Origin: Acidimicrobiia bacterium | GTDB taxonomy: Bacteria; Actinomycetota; Acidimicrobiia; Acidimicrobiales; JANYDT01 | DNA length: 64,000 nt | Assembly (NCBI GenBank): GCA_031368215.1 | Contig: JANLRD010000224.1 | Coordinates: 22,726-86,725, forward strand | Direction: 5' to 3' | Shown: one piece after another, positions 43,087-53,595 of the stretch | Numbering within the stretch: the stretch's first letter is position 1 | Layout of the letters: every line of letters starts with the position of its first letter | Translations under genes and position numbers: made by a program | Notes under the pieces: model-generated | What the model was told of the DNA's origin: nothing | What the model saw: the letters and a program-made list of their open reading frames with translations, nothing else | Databases searched by the model: none

Positions 43087-43887
43087 CTACCTGCCGCGAA
43101 AGATCGGTGTGCGCTTCTCGACGAAGGCGAGCATTGCCTCGGTGGTGTCCTTCGAAGAGCCGATTGTCACGGTCTGGGTCCAGCCTTCGGCCTCGAGTGC
43201 CTGGTCCATCGTGAGCATGGAGCCTTCGTTGAGCAACTTCTTCGACAGGCGCAGCGCCAGCGGCGGTCCGCCCGCGATTCGTCGCGACCACTCACCCACG
43301 AACGCGTCGAGTTCCGCCTGGGGCACGACCCGGTTCACGAGCCCGATGCGCTCAGCCTCGGCGGCGGAGATCACATCGGCGAAGAACGCCAGTTCCTTCG
43401 CCCGGTGCAGGCCGACGAGGCGGGGCAGGAGCCAGGTGCCTCCGAAATCGAGCGCAAGCCCGCGTTTCGCGAAGATCTCGGAGAATCGAGCCCGGTCGCT
43501 CGCCACGATCAGATCGCATCCGAGGGCCATGTTGCATCCTGCGCCGACGGCGACGCCGTCGACCTTCGCGATGGTCGGCATGGGAAGGCGGTGGAGTGCC
43601 ATCGCCACCTCCGAAACCTCGCGCATGGCGAGGAGTTGATGGCGCACCGGACCGTCCCCACGAGCGGACAGGTCCGCGCCGGAACAGAACTCTCCTCCCG
43701 CGCCGGTGAGCACGACGCATCGTGCCGCATCGTCGTCGACGATCCCCCGGAGCACTGACTTCAGGTCCTGCCACATCTGGCCGTTGATGGCGTTCTTCTT
43801 CTCCGGGCGGTTGAGGGTGATCGTCACGATGCCCGCATCTGCGGAGTCGGCTGCACCGTGGATGAGCGTCAGTGTCTCGAAGTCCAT
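43087..43887 (-). CDS. Enoyl-CoA hydratase/isomerase family protein
   Basis: 266 aa from the ATG at 43887. Contains ITLNRPEKKNAI, VVLTGAGGEFCSGADL and KVDGVAVGAGCNMALGCDLIVAS. The longer ORF running to 44421 is an upstream read-through artefact. Confidence 0.9.
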   Translation of the reverse strand: MDFETLTLIHGAADSADAGIVTITLNRPEKKNAINGQMWQDLKSVLRGIVDDDAARCVVLTGAGGEFCSGADLSARGDGPVRHQLLAMREVSEVAMALHRLPMPTIAKVDGVAVGAGCNMALGCDLIVASDRARFSEIFAKRGLALDFGGTWLLPRLVGLHRAKELAFFADVISAAEAERIGLVNRVVPQAELDAFVGEWSRRIAGGPPLALRLSKKLLNEGSMLTMDQALEAEGWTQTVTIGSSKDTTEAMLAFVEKRTPIFRGR

Positions 43888-43946
43888 CCCGATGAAGCTA
43901 CGGAACCGCGCTCGATTCGGCCAACTGGAGCGTCGGCGGATGCCGG

Positions 43947-44636
43947 TCACGCGATGGGCCGGTACCAGATCGCTTTGCCGGAGAGGCCTCGGACCCGGAC
44001 AAGCAGCGTCGAGTTGATCGAGCTGACCGGGACGGCGGCACAGAGCACGCCGGTTGACGGCACGTTCAGATCGGCTTTGCGTAGCGGAAGCGAGGAAACG
44101 ATCGAACCGTACTGATCGCACTCGGCGCCACCGTAGAAGCCGTACGCGGTGTCCTTTGCGTCGACGAATTCCCAATTCCCGACCGTTATGGGGTCGCCCG
44201 AAGCACCGTCGCCGAGGAAGGTGAGCTCGGCCGAGACGCTGACGAAGCGCACACCGGCGGGCACCGGCTTCTTGTTCGGGTCGAGGGTGACGTCGGCGGT
44301 GGCATCCGGCTTGGCCGAGAGCACCGTGAACCGATAGCGACTCGGCGGCGTGTCGTAGATCTGGATCTCCCCGGCCTCGCCGATGGCCAGCGGGTTGGCC
44401 CGGCTGCCCTTCGGCTGCCACTGCAGCACCTTGCCCACAGCGATGCAGTCGAGGTTGGTGCCGGGGGCTCGTGCGCCCTTCGGCGTGCAGGCCTTTCCGG
44501 CGACAACGGTGGCCGGCTCCTTCTTCGTCGGCTTCTTGGCAGCGGCCCCGACCGGTGTGGCGAGTCCGCCGATCAGGGCGAGGAGCGCGAGTGCCGCACC
44601 GAGCGGCTTCAGCCAGCGATTCGAGGTGGTCTCCAT
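43947..44636 (-). CDS. Secreted hypothetical protein (signal peptide, Lys-rich linker, beta-rich domain; possibly DUF4352-like)
   Basis: 229 aa from the ATG at 44636. The N-terminus is WLKPLGAALALLALIGGLATPVGAAAKKPTKKEP. The family assignment is tentative. Confidence 0.5.
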   Translation of the reverse strand: METTSNRWLKPLGAALALLALIGGLATPVGAAAKKPTKKEPATVVAGKACTPKGARAPGTNLDCIAVGKVLQWQPKGSRANPLAIGEAGEIQIYDTPPSRYRFTVLSAKPDATADVTLDPNKKPVPAGVRFVSVSAELTFLGDGASGDPITVGNWEFVDAKDTAYGFYGGAECDQYGSIVSSLPLRKADLNVPSTGVLCAAVPVSSINSTLLVRVRGLSGKAIWYRPIA

Positions 44637-44798
44637 GGATTGACGATACGGCAAGCGAAAGGGGGAGGGGAAGTGACAGCCACGAGGCGCTTCGGTGAAC
44701 AATCTCGTCTGCGTGATGTGGATCACAGACCGGCCCACGGAAATCCCGGAGGCTGCTTCGTAGGCGTCGCGGTGACGCCCTGGACGAAGGGAAACGAC

Positions 44799-45116
44799 AT
44801 GTACATCCTCACCACTTGGAAGAACCGGCCGATCACGCCGGAGCAGACGAATCGGATGATGGCCACCTGGGGACGTCAGGAAGCGAACCTGGCCGCCGAC
44901 GCGTCGAGCGAGCGGGTCTGCTGGTTCATGAACGCCAACGGCACCGGTGGCATCACCATCGTCAAGGTGAAGGACACCGACGCGGCGATCGCTCAGGGCC
45001 TCGTGCAGTCTCTCGCCCTGGGGGAATTCCTCGAACTGCACTCGGAGATCGTCCTCGACCTCGACAGCGCGATGCCCTCGATCATCAAAGGCGTCGAGGA
45101 AGTGAACGCCAAGTAG
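44799..45116 (+). CDS. Small conserved hypothetical protein (DUF3303-like)
   Basis: 105 aa. ATG at 44799 follows GAAGGGA. The pattern MYILTTWKNRPITPEQTNRMMATWGRQE...GGITIVKVKDTDAA resembles the DUF3303 family as I recall it. This has not been verified. Confidence 0.45.
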   Translation: MYILTTWKNRPITPEQTNRMMATWGRQEANLAADASSERVCWFMNANGTGGITIVKVKDTDAAIAQGLVQSLALGEFLELHSEIVLDLDSAMPSIIKGVEEVNAK

Positions 45117-45238
45117 GCGATTCGCCTGTCACCGCCGCGGGTGGTTGGCGCCGTGTTGTCGGTTTGGCAACGGGCGGGTTCGGCGTCATCTTGGCGCCAA
45201 CCACCTACGCGTGGGCCGTGGCGGATCTTGGGGGTCTG

Positions 45239-46237
45239 TCAGAGCTGGTCGGTGTTGAAGGTGTCGCACTGGGTGGGCTCGCCCGACTGGAAGCCCTTGA
45301 GGAACCAGCGTTGGCGCTGCTCCGATGATCCGTGGGTCCAGGACTCGGGTGTGACGCGTCCCTGCATCTTACGCTGGATACGATCGTCGCCCACGGCGGA
45401 CGCGGCATCAAGGCCGAGCCGGATGTCCTCGTCGGTCAGCTCGACGATGAGTGGCTTCGGACCCCGGGTGGCGTTGTGGGCCCACACGCCGGCGTAGCAG
45501 TCGGCCTGCAGCTCGAGACGGACGGAGCTGCTCGTCGGACCTTGGCGGTCTCCGGACTTCTGCACCTGCTCGGATGTTCCGAGCAGGTTCTGCACGTGAT
45601 GCCCGTACTCGTGGGCGATCACGTAGGCCTCGGCGAACGGTCCGCCCTTGGCGCCGAATTTTGACTGGAGTTCCTCGTAGAACGACAGGTCGACGTAGAC
45701 CTGCGAGTCGACCGGGCAGTAGAACGGTCCCACGTCGCCGGTCGCATTGCCGCATCCGGTCTGCGTCTCGCCGGTGAAGAAGTTGGTGACGGCCTTCTTG
45801 TACTCCAGGTTTGATCGGGCGAACTCGTCGGCCCAGTAGGCCTGCACGCTGTTCACGACGGCGACATTGCGGCAGTCCTGCCGGGCGTTCGCGTCGGCTC
45901 CGGTCTTGCACTCGCTTGCCAGATTGGTGTTACCGCCCGAGGTACCAGCAGGAGACGGCGAACCGGTGTCGATCCGCGACTGCGTCTGTGACGGAAAGGC
46001 GCCGTTGACCCCGCCGCCGTTGCCGCTGCCGCTGCACATCTGGAGGGCGACGATCACGATGATGACGATGAGGCCGAGGCCACCACCTCCGGCCTTGCCA
46101 ACAGGGAAGCCGCCACCGCCGCTGCCCATGCCCCGACCGAGTCCGCCGAGGCCACCGAGCCCGCCGCCACCTCGAGCGCGTCCGCGCTCGTCATCGACCT
46201 GAGTCGTGTCGAGTTTGGCGTCGTCATCAAAGCGCAT
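45239..46237 (-). CDS. Putative neutral zinc metallopeptidase (YpfJ/PF04228-like)
   Basis: 332 aa with a Gly-rich N-terminus, one TM segment, [15 protein letters not shown], and the zinc motif [17 protein letters not shown]. Confidence 0.8.
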   Translation of the reverse strand: MRFDDDAKLDTTQVDDERGRARGGGGLGGLGGLGRGMGSGGGGFPVGKAGGGGLGLIVIIVIVALQMCSGSGNGGGVNGAFPSQTQSRIDTGSPSPAGTSGGNTNLASECKTGADANARQDCRNVAVVNSVQAYWADEFARSNLEYKKAVTNFFTGETQTGCGNATGDVGPFYCPVDSQVYVDLSFYEELQSKFGAKGGPFAEAYVIAHEYGHHVQNLLGTSEQVQKSGDRQGPTSSSVRLELQADCYAGVWAHNATRGPKPLIVELTDEDIRLGLDAASAVGDDRIQRKMQGRVTPESWTHGSSEQRQRWFLKGFQSGEPTQCDTFNTDQL

Positions 46238-46279
46238 TGGAGGATGTTCCTTCCGGCCCGCGGGGTCGCAGAGGGGAGA

Positions 46280-47275
46280 CTATCGGTCTGGTATCCCGTA
46301 GACGGCAGGGCGAAACGGCTGCCCGCTTTCGTCGTCCACCGCGGCAACGTCACCGACTCGAATGAGCTCGTTGAGGTGGGCGAGGACGCTTCGTCCGGCG
46401 GCCTTCACCAGCCTCGGATCGATACCGCTGTACATCGCCGTCACGAGCGACTCGATCGTGGCGTCGCCGGTTCGGAGGATGTCGATGATCTGCTGCGTCC
46501 TCCGCTCGCGGTGCCCGATCAACCCGGCGACGAAGTCCTCGGGACCCGTGATGACCGTGCCGTGCGTCGGCCAGTAGCGGGCGTCGCCGGCACCCTGGAG
46601 AAGGCGAAGCGACTCGAGGTAGTTCCGCAGATCTCCGTGAGGCGGCGAGATCACACTCGTCGACCAACCCATCACGTGGTCGCCGGTGAACAGGACCTGC
46701 TCGTTCGGCGCGGCGGCGAATCGCACGCGGAAGCACAGGTGGTTGCTGATGTGGCCCGGCGTGTGTACGGCCTCGGCGCGCCAACCGGTGCCCGTGACGA
46801 AATCGCCGTGACGCAACACGCCGTCGGGAATGAATGTCCGGTCGCCGGACTCCTCGGCGTTCGGCACTGCTCCGGACGACGCGGTGCCTCCACCGTCATC
46901 CTGCGGCGCCGCCCGGTCGCCAGCGTCATCGACCGGAGGGTCTTCGGGGTGAGGCCCGAACCCGAAGGTCGACGCGTCCGTATGTGCGCGTAGTGGCGCG
47001 CAGCCCGGCGAGTGATCTGGATGCGTGTGGGTCACCAGCACGTGGGTGATCGTCTCGCCGCCGAGTTGTCGCATGAGCATCGCTATGTGGCGTTCATCGT
47101 TCGGGCCTGGATCGATCACGGCGACCTCGCCCCGCCCGATCACGTAGGTTCCCGTACCGCGGAACGTGAAGGGTCCCGGGTTCGGAGCGACGATACGGCG
47201 GATACCCGGAGCGACGTCTTCGAGAACGCCGAGCGCGGGATCGAAACCGGTGATGAATCGAGGGCTTGCGCTCAT
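46280..47275 (-). CDS. MBL-fold metallo-hydrolase
   Basis: 331 aa. HxHxDH motif VLVTHTHPDHSPG, a downstream HTPGH, and a C-terminal helical domain. The start overlaps the mftF stop (ATGA). Confidence 0.88.
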   Translation of the reverse strand: MSASPRFITGFDPALGVLEDVAPGIRRIVAPNPGPFTFRGTGTYVIGRGEVAVIDPGPNDERHIAMLMRQLGGETITHVLVTHTHPDHSPGCAPLRAHTDASTFGFGPHPEDPPVDDAGDRAAPQDDGGGTASSGAVPNAEESGDRTFIPDGVLRHGDFVTGTGWRAEAVHTPGHISNHLCFRVRFAAAPNEQVLFTGDHVMGWSTSVISPPHGDLRNYLESLRLLQGAGDARYWPTHGTVITGPEDFVAGLIGHRERRTQQIIDILRTGDATIESLVTAMYSGIDPRLVKAAGRSVLAHLNELIRVGDVAAVDDESGQPFRPAVYGIPDR

Positions 47276-48750
47276 GGCATCGCATCCTCGTCTGTCTTGG
47301 ATCGTCCCGGCCAGTTCGTGATCTTCGGGAGAAGAGCTCCGGTAGTACGCGTACGTATTGAACCGACCCAGACCCCGATGCCGTACGCAGCATCGTCACC
47401 TGCCCGGAGCGCGAGGAACGCTGGAAGTGGAAGCGCGGGTCGCTTCCGGCGGTGCTCGCGCCACCCCTGACCGACGATGCCGGCGGCGAGGATCAGTCGG
47501 CAACGACGGCTGAAGATCGCGCCGATGACGGTGGCCGGGAACCATGTCCGCGTTGCGGCGTTTGCGATCTGCTCTCCTGCGGCGAGGTGGCCCCGAAGAG
47601 CCAACGCTCGTGCGTCGCTGCGGGTGAGTTGGGGAAGCCGTCGGGTCAGTCGTTCGGCGGTCACGAACGCAACGCCGGTGCCGACGACTGCTCCGATCGG
47701 ATGAAGGAACGCCAGACCCCAGGCGAGGACGCTCCAAGGGGAAAGCACCGCCGGCGGGACCAGGCCCGGGTGTCGCCGATCGAGGGCGCCGGCCGACGTG
47801 CCGTACTGCATGCGCCGTCGTAGCAGCGCCTCGAGGCCGGCGCGATGGTCGTGGGCGACCTCGGCCAACGGTTCGTATCGCATCACCGCGCCGGCAGCGT
47901 GGAGTCGCCACAGCAGGTCCACGTCCTCACCGACGTGGAGATCGGCGTCGAACCCCGCGACGGAACGGAATGCTTCGGTGCGCATCACGAGTGCAGCCGC
48001 CGGGACGTAGGCCACCTTGGTCAACGGCGCGATCAGCGAGGGCTGGGCGCCGAGGTCGAGGGGGCTTCGTACGTGCTCATACCTTTCGATCGCAGACCCG
48101 CCCGGCTCGGCAAGACCGATGATGCGCGGAGCCACGAGGTCGACCCGGAACGCGCCGGTAGAGTCGAGGTGGGCGAGACAGGAGTCGAGCCAACCGTCTC
48201 TCGGCACAACGTCGCTGTCGAGCAAGACCAGGAGCGGCGTCGTCACAAGCGCGGCTCCGGCGTTGCGGGCAGCCGCTGGACCGACAGCACGTTCGTGCCT
48301 GAGCACCTTCGTCGCGACCGCTCGCGCAACGTCGCCGCTCCCGTCGCCCGACCCGTCGTCGACCACGATCAGGCTCAGACCCCGTTCGCACAGGGTTGCG
48401 AGCGAGAGGAGCAGCCGCCGCAGGGATGCCGCCCGGTCGTGGACGGGAATCACGATGGTGACATCACCGAGGGAGCGGGTGCCGTCGCTCGCCATGACCG
48501 GGTGGACGAGCCCGCGCTGGATGAGTGTGTCGACCAGCCGCGACGCCGCTCGTCGTCGATCCGGAGGGACCGTGGCCAGCACCTCGGTGATCGTCCCCCC
48601 GACGGCAAGCGCGTCGACCACGGCATCAGCCGGTGGGCGGAGCCGGAGCAGCCGAAGGGGTGAGCCTCCCAAGGCAATTGGCGTTCCGTCCGATCCCCGA
48701 AGGCGCCGCACGGATGCGTCCAGACGCAGATGCGGTTCGACGCCAGACAC
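47272..48750 (-). CDS. mftF: Mycofactocin-system glycosyltransferase MftF (GT2 family)
   Basis: 492 aa. The N-terminal segment LRLDASVRRLRGSDGTPIALGGSPLRLLRLRP is characteristic of MftF-type proteins. The GT2 core reads VTIVIPVHDR...LIVVDDGSGDGS...VLLDSDV, followed by a C-terminal multi-TM region. The gene is divergent from mftA. Confidence 0.75.
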   Translation of the reverse strand: MSGVEPHLRLDASVRRLRGSDGTPIALGGSPLRLLRLRPPADAVVDALAVGGTITEVLATVPPDRRRAASRLVDTLIQRGLVHPVMASDGTRSLGDVTIVIPVHDRAASLRRLLLSLATLCERGLSLIVVDDGSGDGSGDVARAVATKVLRHERAVGPAAARNAGAALVTTPLLVLLDSDVVPRDGWLDSCLAHLDSTGAFRVDLVAPRIIGLAEPGGSAIERYEHVRSPLDLGAQPSLIAPLTKVAYVPAAALVMRTEAFRSVAGFDADLHVGEDVDLLWRLHAAGAVMRYEPLAEVAHDHRAGLEALLRRRMQYGTSAGALDRRHPGLVPPAVLSPWSVLAWGLAFLHPIGAVVGTGVAFVTAERLTRRLPQLTRSDARALALRGHLAAGEQIANAATRTWFPATVIGAIFSRRCRLILAAGIVGQGWREHRRKRPALPLPAFLALRAGDDAAYGIGVWVGSIRTRTTGALLPKITNWPGRSKTDEDAMP

Positions 48751-48850
48751 CCACAGATTCCATCACGGTACGGACGCTCGGTATGCTCATCGCGTCGCTG
48801 CGGTCGCCGGCCCAGCATCGTTCCTCGTCGTGCAACTCGGAGAATCCGCC

Positions 48851-48982
48851 ATGAGCCCAGCAGCAGCCACCGACATCTTTCCTGCTTCACCCGATGTCGT
48901 GTCCGACGCTGATCTCCTCGACGACTCCGATGAGCTCCTCGTCGAAGAAATCTCCATCGACGGGATGTGCGGCGTCTACTAG
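48851..48982 (+). CDS. mftA: Mycofactocin precursor peptide MftA
   Basis: 43 codons: MSPAAATDIFPASPDVVSDADLLDDSDELLVEEISIDGMCGVY-stop. The C-terminal (V/I)EE(V/I)SIDGMCGVY is the MftA family hallmark. In the ORF track it is hidden as the tail of a 321-aa ORF that runs antisense to mftF. Confidence 0.85.
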   Translation: MSPAAATDIFPASPDVVSDADLLDDSDELLVEEISIDGMCGVY

Positions 48983-49019
48983 GGCACGGCCGCGGCGGTT
49001 CCGGTACGGTCGCAGATCG

Positions 49020-50645
49020 ATGTCTGAACGGACCCCACCCTCACCCACCGGGCGACTCGGCGCGAGCCAGGGAACGCTTGCCTGGCCGATTCGCCGGGCC
49101 ATGCAGGTCCACCAGGACCGCGAGGCCATCGTCGATGGCCCGACGCGGCTGACGTACGCCGAGTGGGGACGCCGGGTGCTCGGCCTGGGCGCGGGCCTGC
49201 GATCGCTCGGTGTCGGCGACGGTGACATCGTGGCGGTGGCGGCCCTGAACGGATGGCGTCACCTGAGCTGTTGGGTCGGAATTCCCGCGGCCGGTCTCGT
49301 CCTCAACGACTTGAACTACCGACTCGCCCCCGCGGAGCTGGTGTTCATCGTGAACGATTCCGAAGCGAAGGCGATCATCGTCGACTCGGCACATCTCGAG
49401 CTGGCCCGTACGCTCCGATCTCAGTGCCCGTCGCTCCAGCATCTTGTATTCGCCGACTCCGGCGACGTGCCCGAAGGATTCGTCGCCTTCGATGATCTGT
49501 GCACCTACGAGCCGCTCGCAGCCCCTGTGACGGACTGGATCGTCGACGACACGCTCGCGGCAATCTCCTACACGGGCGGCACGACCGGGCTCCCCAAAGG
49601 CGTCATGCAGAGCCATGCGAACCTGCTGGCCAACGCCAAGCATATGCAGTACGCCTACGCTTACACCCCGAACGATGCCTACCTGCATGCGGCGCCGATG
49701 TTCCACGCCGCCGATGCGTCGTGCACGTTCGCCGTCACGTGGGTCGGGGCGCGGCACCTGATTATTCCGGGTTGGGACCCGCAGCGCTTCGTCGATCTCG
49801 CAGCAGCCGAGTCGATGACAATCACCCTTCTTGTCCCCACGATGATCAACTCGTTGGTCAATCATCCCGGTGTCGCCGCGGCCGACCTGTCGTCATGGCG
49901 CCTCCTCGGCTACGGCGCGTCGCCGATGCCGGCGGAACTCCAGCGCAAGGCAATGTCGACGCTCGGGTGCGGCTTCGTGCAGCTCTACGGGATGACCGAG
50001 GCTTCTCCTCTGCTCACCGTGTGCTCGGCCGACGACCACGCCCGGGCCAGCGCCGGCGAGGCCGGCTACGTCGCCCGTCTGAAGTCGGCAGGCGCGGCCG
50101 TGCCCGGTGTGGAGTGCGAGGTGAGGCGGGAGGACGGCACGCTCGCCGACATCGGCGAGCCGGGCGAGATCTATGCGCGCGGACCGAATATCATGCTCGG
50201 CTATTGGAACCGTCCTGAAGAAACGGCGAGAGCACTCGTGAATGGCTGGTACCGATCCGGCGATGTTGCCTACGCCGATGACCACGGGTACCTCTACATC
50301 GTCGACCGGGCGAAGGACATGATCATCTCGGGTGGCGAGAACATCTACACCACCGAAGTGGAGAACGCTCTGTATGCCCATCCGGGTGTTCTCGAAGCCG
50401 CGGCCTTCGGTATCCCTGACGACAGGTGGGGTGAGGTGGTCCACGCCGAGGTCGTCCCGAAGCCCGGTGTGATCGTGGTGGCCGACGAACTGATCGCGCA
50501 CTGCCGTTCGCTCATCGCCGGCTACAAGGTGCCGAAGTCCATCACCGTGCGCGTCGATGCACTACCGAAGTCCGGAGCCGGGAAGATCTTGAAACGCGAT
50601 CTTCGTGCTCCGTTCTGGGAAGGCCGCGACCGCTCGGTCAACTGA
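49020..50645 (+). CDS. AMP-dependent acyl-CoA synthetase/ligase (FadD-like)
   Basis: 541 aa from the ATG at 49020. AMP-binding motifs ISYTGGTTGLPKGV, LYGMTE, YRSGDVAYADDHGYLYIVDRAKDMIISGGENIY and the terminal GKILKRDLR. Confidence 0.9.
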   Translation: MSERTPPSPTGRLGASQGTLAWPIRRAMQVHQDREAIVDGPTRLTYAEWGRRVLGLGAGLRSLGVGDGDIVAVAALNGWRHLSCWVGIPAAGLVLNDLNYRLAPAELVFIVNDSEAKAIIVDSAHLELARTLRSQCPSLQHLVFADSGDVPEGFVAFDDLCTYEPLAAPVTDWIVDDTLAAISYTGGTTGLPKGVMQSHANLLANAKHMQYAYAYTPNDAYLHAAPMFHAADASCTFAVTWVGARHLIIPGWDPQRFVDLAAAESMTITLLVPTMINSLVNHPGVAAADLSSWRLLGYGASPMPAELQRKAMSTLGCGFVQLYGMTEASPLLTVCSADDHARASAGEAGYVARLKSAGAAVPGVECEVRREDGTLADIGEPGEIYARGPNIMLGYWNRPEETARALVNGWYRSGDVAYADDHGYLYIVDRAKDMIISGGENIYTTEVENALYAHPGVLEAAAFGIPDDRWGEVVHAEVVPKPGVIVVADELIAHCRSLIAGYKVPKSITVRVDALPKSGAGKILKRDLRAPFWEGRDRSVN

Positions 50646-50672
50646 CCGTACGGACTGACGAGCCGGCGACGT

Positions 50673-51848
50673 TCAGCCGAGCTTGAGGGCGCTGTTGTAG
50701 CGGCGCTTCGAGCCGAGGTCTTCGTGAATGCTGCGGGCGATCTTGGCGTAGGCCACCGACGCCTCCGATGTGGGGTCGGCAACGGCGATCGGTTCTCCGA
50801 TGTCCATGCCGGCACGGAGTTCCGGCACGAGCGGTACCTGGCCGATCAGCGGGACGCCGAGCGTGTCGGCGAGGTCGGCGCCGCCGCCAGACCCGAAGAT
50901 CTCGTAGCGCTTCCCGTCGTCACCCGTGAACCAGCTCATGTTCTCGATGACCCCGTGGACCTTCATGTTGATCTGGGGGGTGCGGGCCATCGACGCCGAC
51001 CGTTGGGCGACGCGCTGGGCGGCCGGTTGCGGCGTGGTGACCACGTAGACCTCGGAGCGGGGGAGATACTGCGCCATCGAGAGCGCCACATCACCCGTGC
51101 CCGGCGGCATGTCGATGAGCAGGAAGTCGGGCTCGCCCCAGTACACGTCGACGAGGAACTGCTCCAAGGCCTTGTGAAGCATCGGTCCACGCCAGATGAT
51201 GGCGCGGTCCTCTTCGACCATGAAGCCGATCGACATCGCCGCGACGCCGTGGCGGACCGGCGGGATGATGAGGCCGTCGACGATCGTCGGAACCTGCTCG
51301 ATGCCGAGCATCTTGGGAATCGAGAAGCCGTAGACGTCGGCGTCGAGGACACCCACTCGCAGGCCACGCTGGGCAAGAGAAATGGCGACGTTGACGGTGG
51401 TCGACGACTTCCCGACGCCCCCTTTGCCCGACGTCATGGCGATGACTCGCGTCTTCGAGCCCGTCTGCATGAACTTCGGCGCCCGGGTCGGTCCGGCGGC
51501 ATGCCCGTGGCCGCCTTGGCCGGCGTTCTCGTGTGACACGTCGTCAGCCGTGAGCCGGGCCCGTAGGAGCGCCCGCTCGTCATCGGACATCCACGTGACG
51601 TGGACGTCACCGCGTGCGGCGCCGGCGTTGGCCGTTGCGGCGCGGACCAGTTCGGCGAGCTCCGCGGCGATTGGATCGTCCTCGGCTTTGCAGGCGATGA
51701 CGACCTTGGCATGGCTGCCGTCCACGTCGACGGACCGCACCATGTCGAGTTCGACGATGCTTCGGCCGATTTCCGGCTCCTGGACGTGACGCAGAGCGTC
51801 GATGATGGCTGCTTCGAGAGCCGTTCCACTGAGGGGCATGTCCTCCAA
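50673..51848 (-). CDS. Mrp/ApbC/NBP35-family Fe-S cluster carrier ATPase with N-terminal DUF59/MIP18 domain
   Basis: 391 aa. DUF59-like segment LRHVQEPEIGRSIVELDMV, deviant Walker A SGKGGVGKSSTTVNVA, and LLIDMPPGTGD. Confidence 0.92.
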   Translation of the reverse strand: MEDMPLSGTALEAAIIDALRHVQEPEIGRSIVELDMVRSVDVDGSHAKVVIACKAEDDPIAAELAELVRAATANAGAARGDVHVTWMSDDERALLRARLTADDVSHENAGQGGHGHAAGPTRAPKFMQTGSKTRVIAMTSGKGGVGKSSTTVNVAISLAQRGLRVGVLDADVYGFSIPKMLGIEQVPTIVDGLIIPPVRHGVAAMSIGFMVEEDRAIIWRGPMLHKALEQFLVDVYWGEPDFLLIDMPPGTGDVALSMAQYLPRSEVYVVTTPQPAAQRVAQRSASMARTPQINMKVHGVIENMSWFTGDDGKRYEIFGSGGGADLADTLGVPLIGQVPLVPELRAGMDIGEPIAVADPTSEASVAYAKIARSIHEDLGSKRRYNSALKLG

Positions 51849-51917
51849 GCTACGGGCCCTGCAGCGCTTGGCCGTCCCCGGGGCGCTGAACGACGGCCGG
51901 TCTTCTACGCTGGGGGC

Positions 51918-52733
51918 ATGCCTGAGCTGCGTGGTTCGCCTCGCCCGATCCGACTGGGTGTCCGCCCGTCGAAGCGCGCGGCAGCGATCCCGGCGGCCGT
52001 GAGATCAGCGAACCCGGTACCCGGTCCGAGTGTCGACGAGTTCAATTCGGTCGTCACCGCGGCGACCTCGATGTTCGGAGACCCGACCCGTCGCCGGATC
52101 TATCTGATTGCCCGCGATGCAGCCGGTGGCATCACCTCGGCCGAGGCGGCGGCGGCCGTCGACCTCCATCCGAACGTGGCCCGGCATCATCTCGACAAGC
52201 TGGCGGCGGGTGGCTATCTCGACGTCGTCTCGGTTTCCCCGGTCCCTGGAGGCGGCGAGCGCAAGAGCGGACGCCCGTCGAAGCGATACCGCGCGTCGGG
52301 GAAACCGATCGATCTCGAGTTCGGAGCGCGGAAGCACGATCTCGTCGTCAGCCTGCTCTCCAAGGCGCTCGACCTCTTGCCCTTCGACGTGGCCTCGAAG
52401 ATGGCCGAGGACGTGGGTGAGCACTACGGCCGCGAGCTGGCCGCGCAGATGAACCCGGGCGATTCGCACCGTTCCATGCGTTCCGCGCTGCACGCTGTGG
52501 CCGATGCGCTCACCGCCCACGGGTTCTCCGCCCATACCGAGGCACGCGAGGAAGGGTTGGCGATCGTCGCCGGACACTGCCCCTTTGGTGAGCTGTCCGA
52601 GACCCATCCGGTCATCTGTGCCGTCGACCGGGGCATGGTGCGGGGCATGCTGTCGACGCTCTACGGCGACGCGGCGCCGTCCACCACGGCGTCGCGCCCG
52701 CAGGGCGACGACGTCTGCGTCACCACTGTCTGA
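51918..52733 (+). CDS. ArsR/SufR-like helix-turn-helix transcriptional regulator with a C-terminal Cys cluster
   Basis: wHTH segment: PTRRRIYLIARDAAGGITSAEAAAAVDLHPNVARHHLDKLAAGGYLD. C-terminal cysteines: GHCPFGE...HPVICAVD...DDVCV. The start is ambiguous (ATG at 51918 or 52071). It is divergent from the Mrp gene. Confidence 0.65.
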   Translation: MPELRGSPRPIRLGVRPSKRAAAIPAAVRSANPVPGPSVDEFNSVVTAATSMFGDPTRRRIYLIARDAAGGITSAEAAAAVDLHPNVARHHLDKLAAGGYLDVVSVSPVPGGGERKSGRPSKRYRASGKPIDLEFGARKHDLVVSLLSKALDLLPFDVASKMAEDVGEHYGRELAAQMNPGDSHRSMRSALHAVADALTAHGFSAHTEAREEGLAIVAGHCPFGELSETHPVICAVDRGMVRGMLSTLYGDAAPSTTASRPQGDDVCVTTV

Positions 52734-52838
52734 GGGAGCGAGCCGTTCGGCTCGACCCTGAGTGACGTCTGGCACCCAGGGCTCGTTCGGGGTTCTCCCT
52801 GACGGGGATGAAGCACGGCCTGGGGGAGAATAAACGAC

Positions 52839-53585
<747 letters not shown>

Positions 53586-53595
53586 GGCCAGCGGA

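Noticed and set aside
48017-48850. The upstream 278 codons of the 321-aa ORF 48017-48982 (+).
   Set aside because: This part runs antisense to the well-supported mftF gene and is Arg/Ser-rich. Only the last 43 codons, from the ATG at 48851, form the recognisable MftA peptide.
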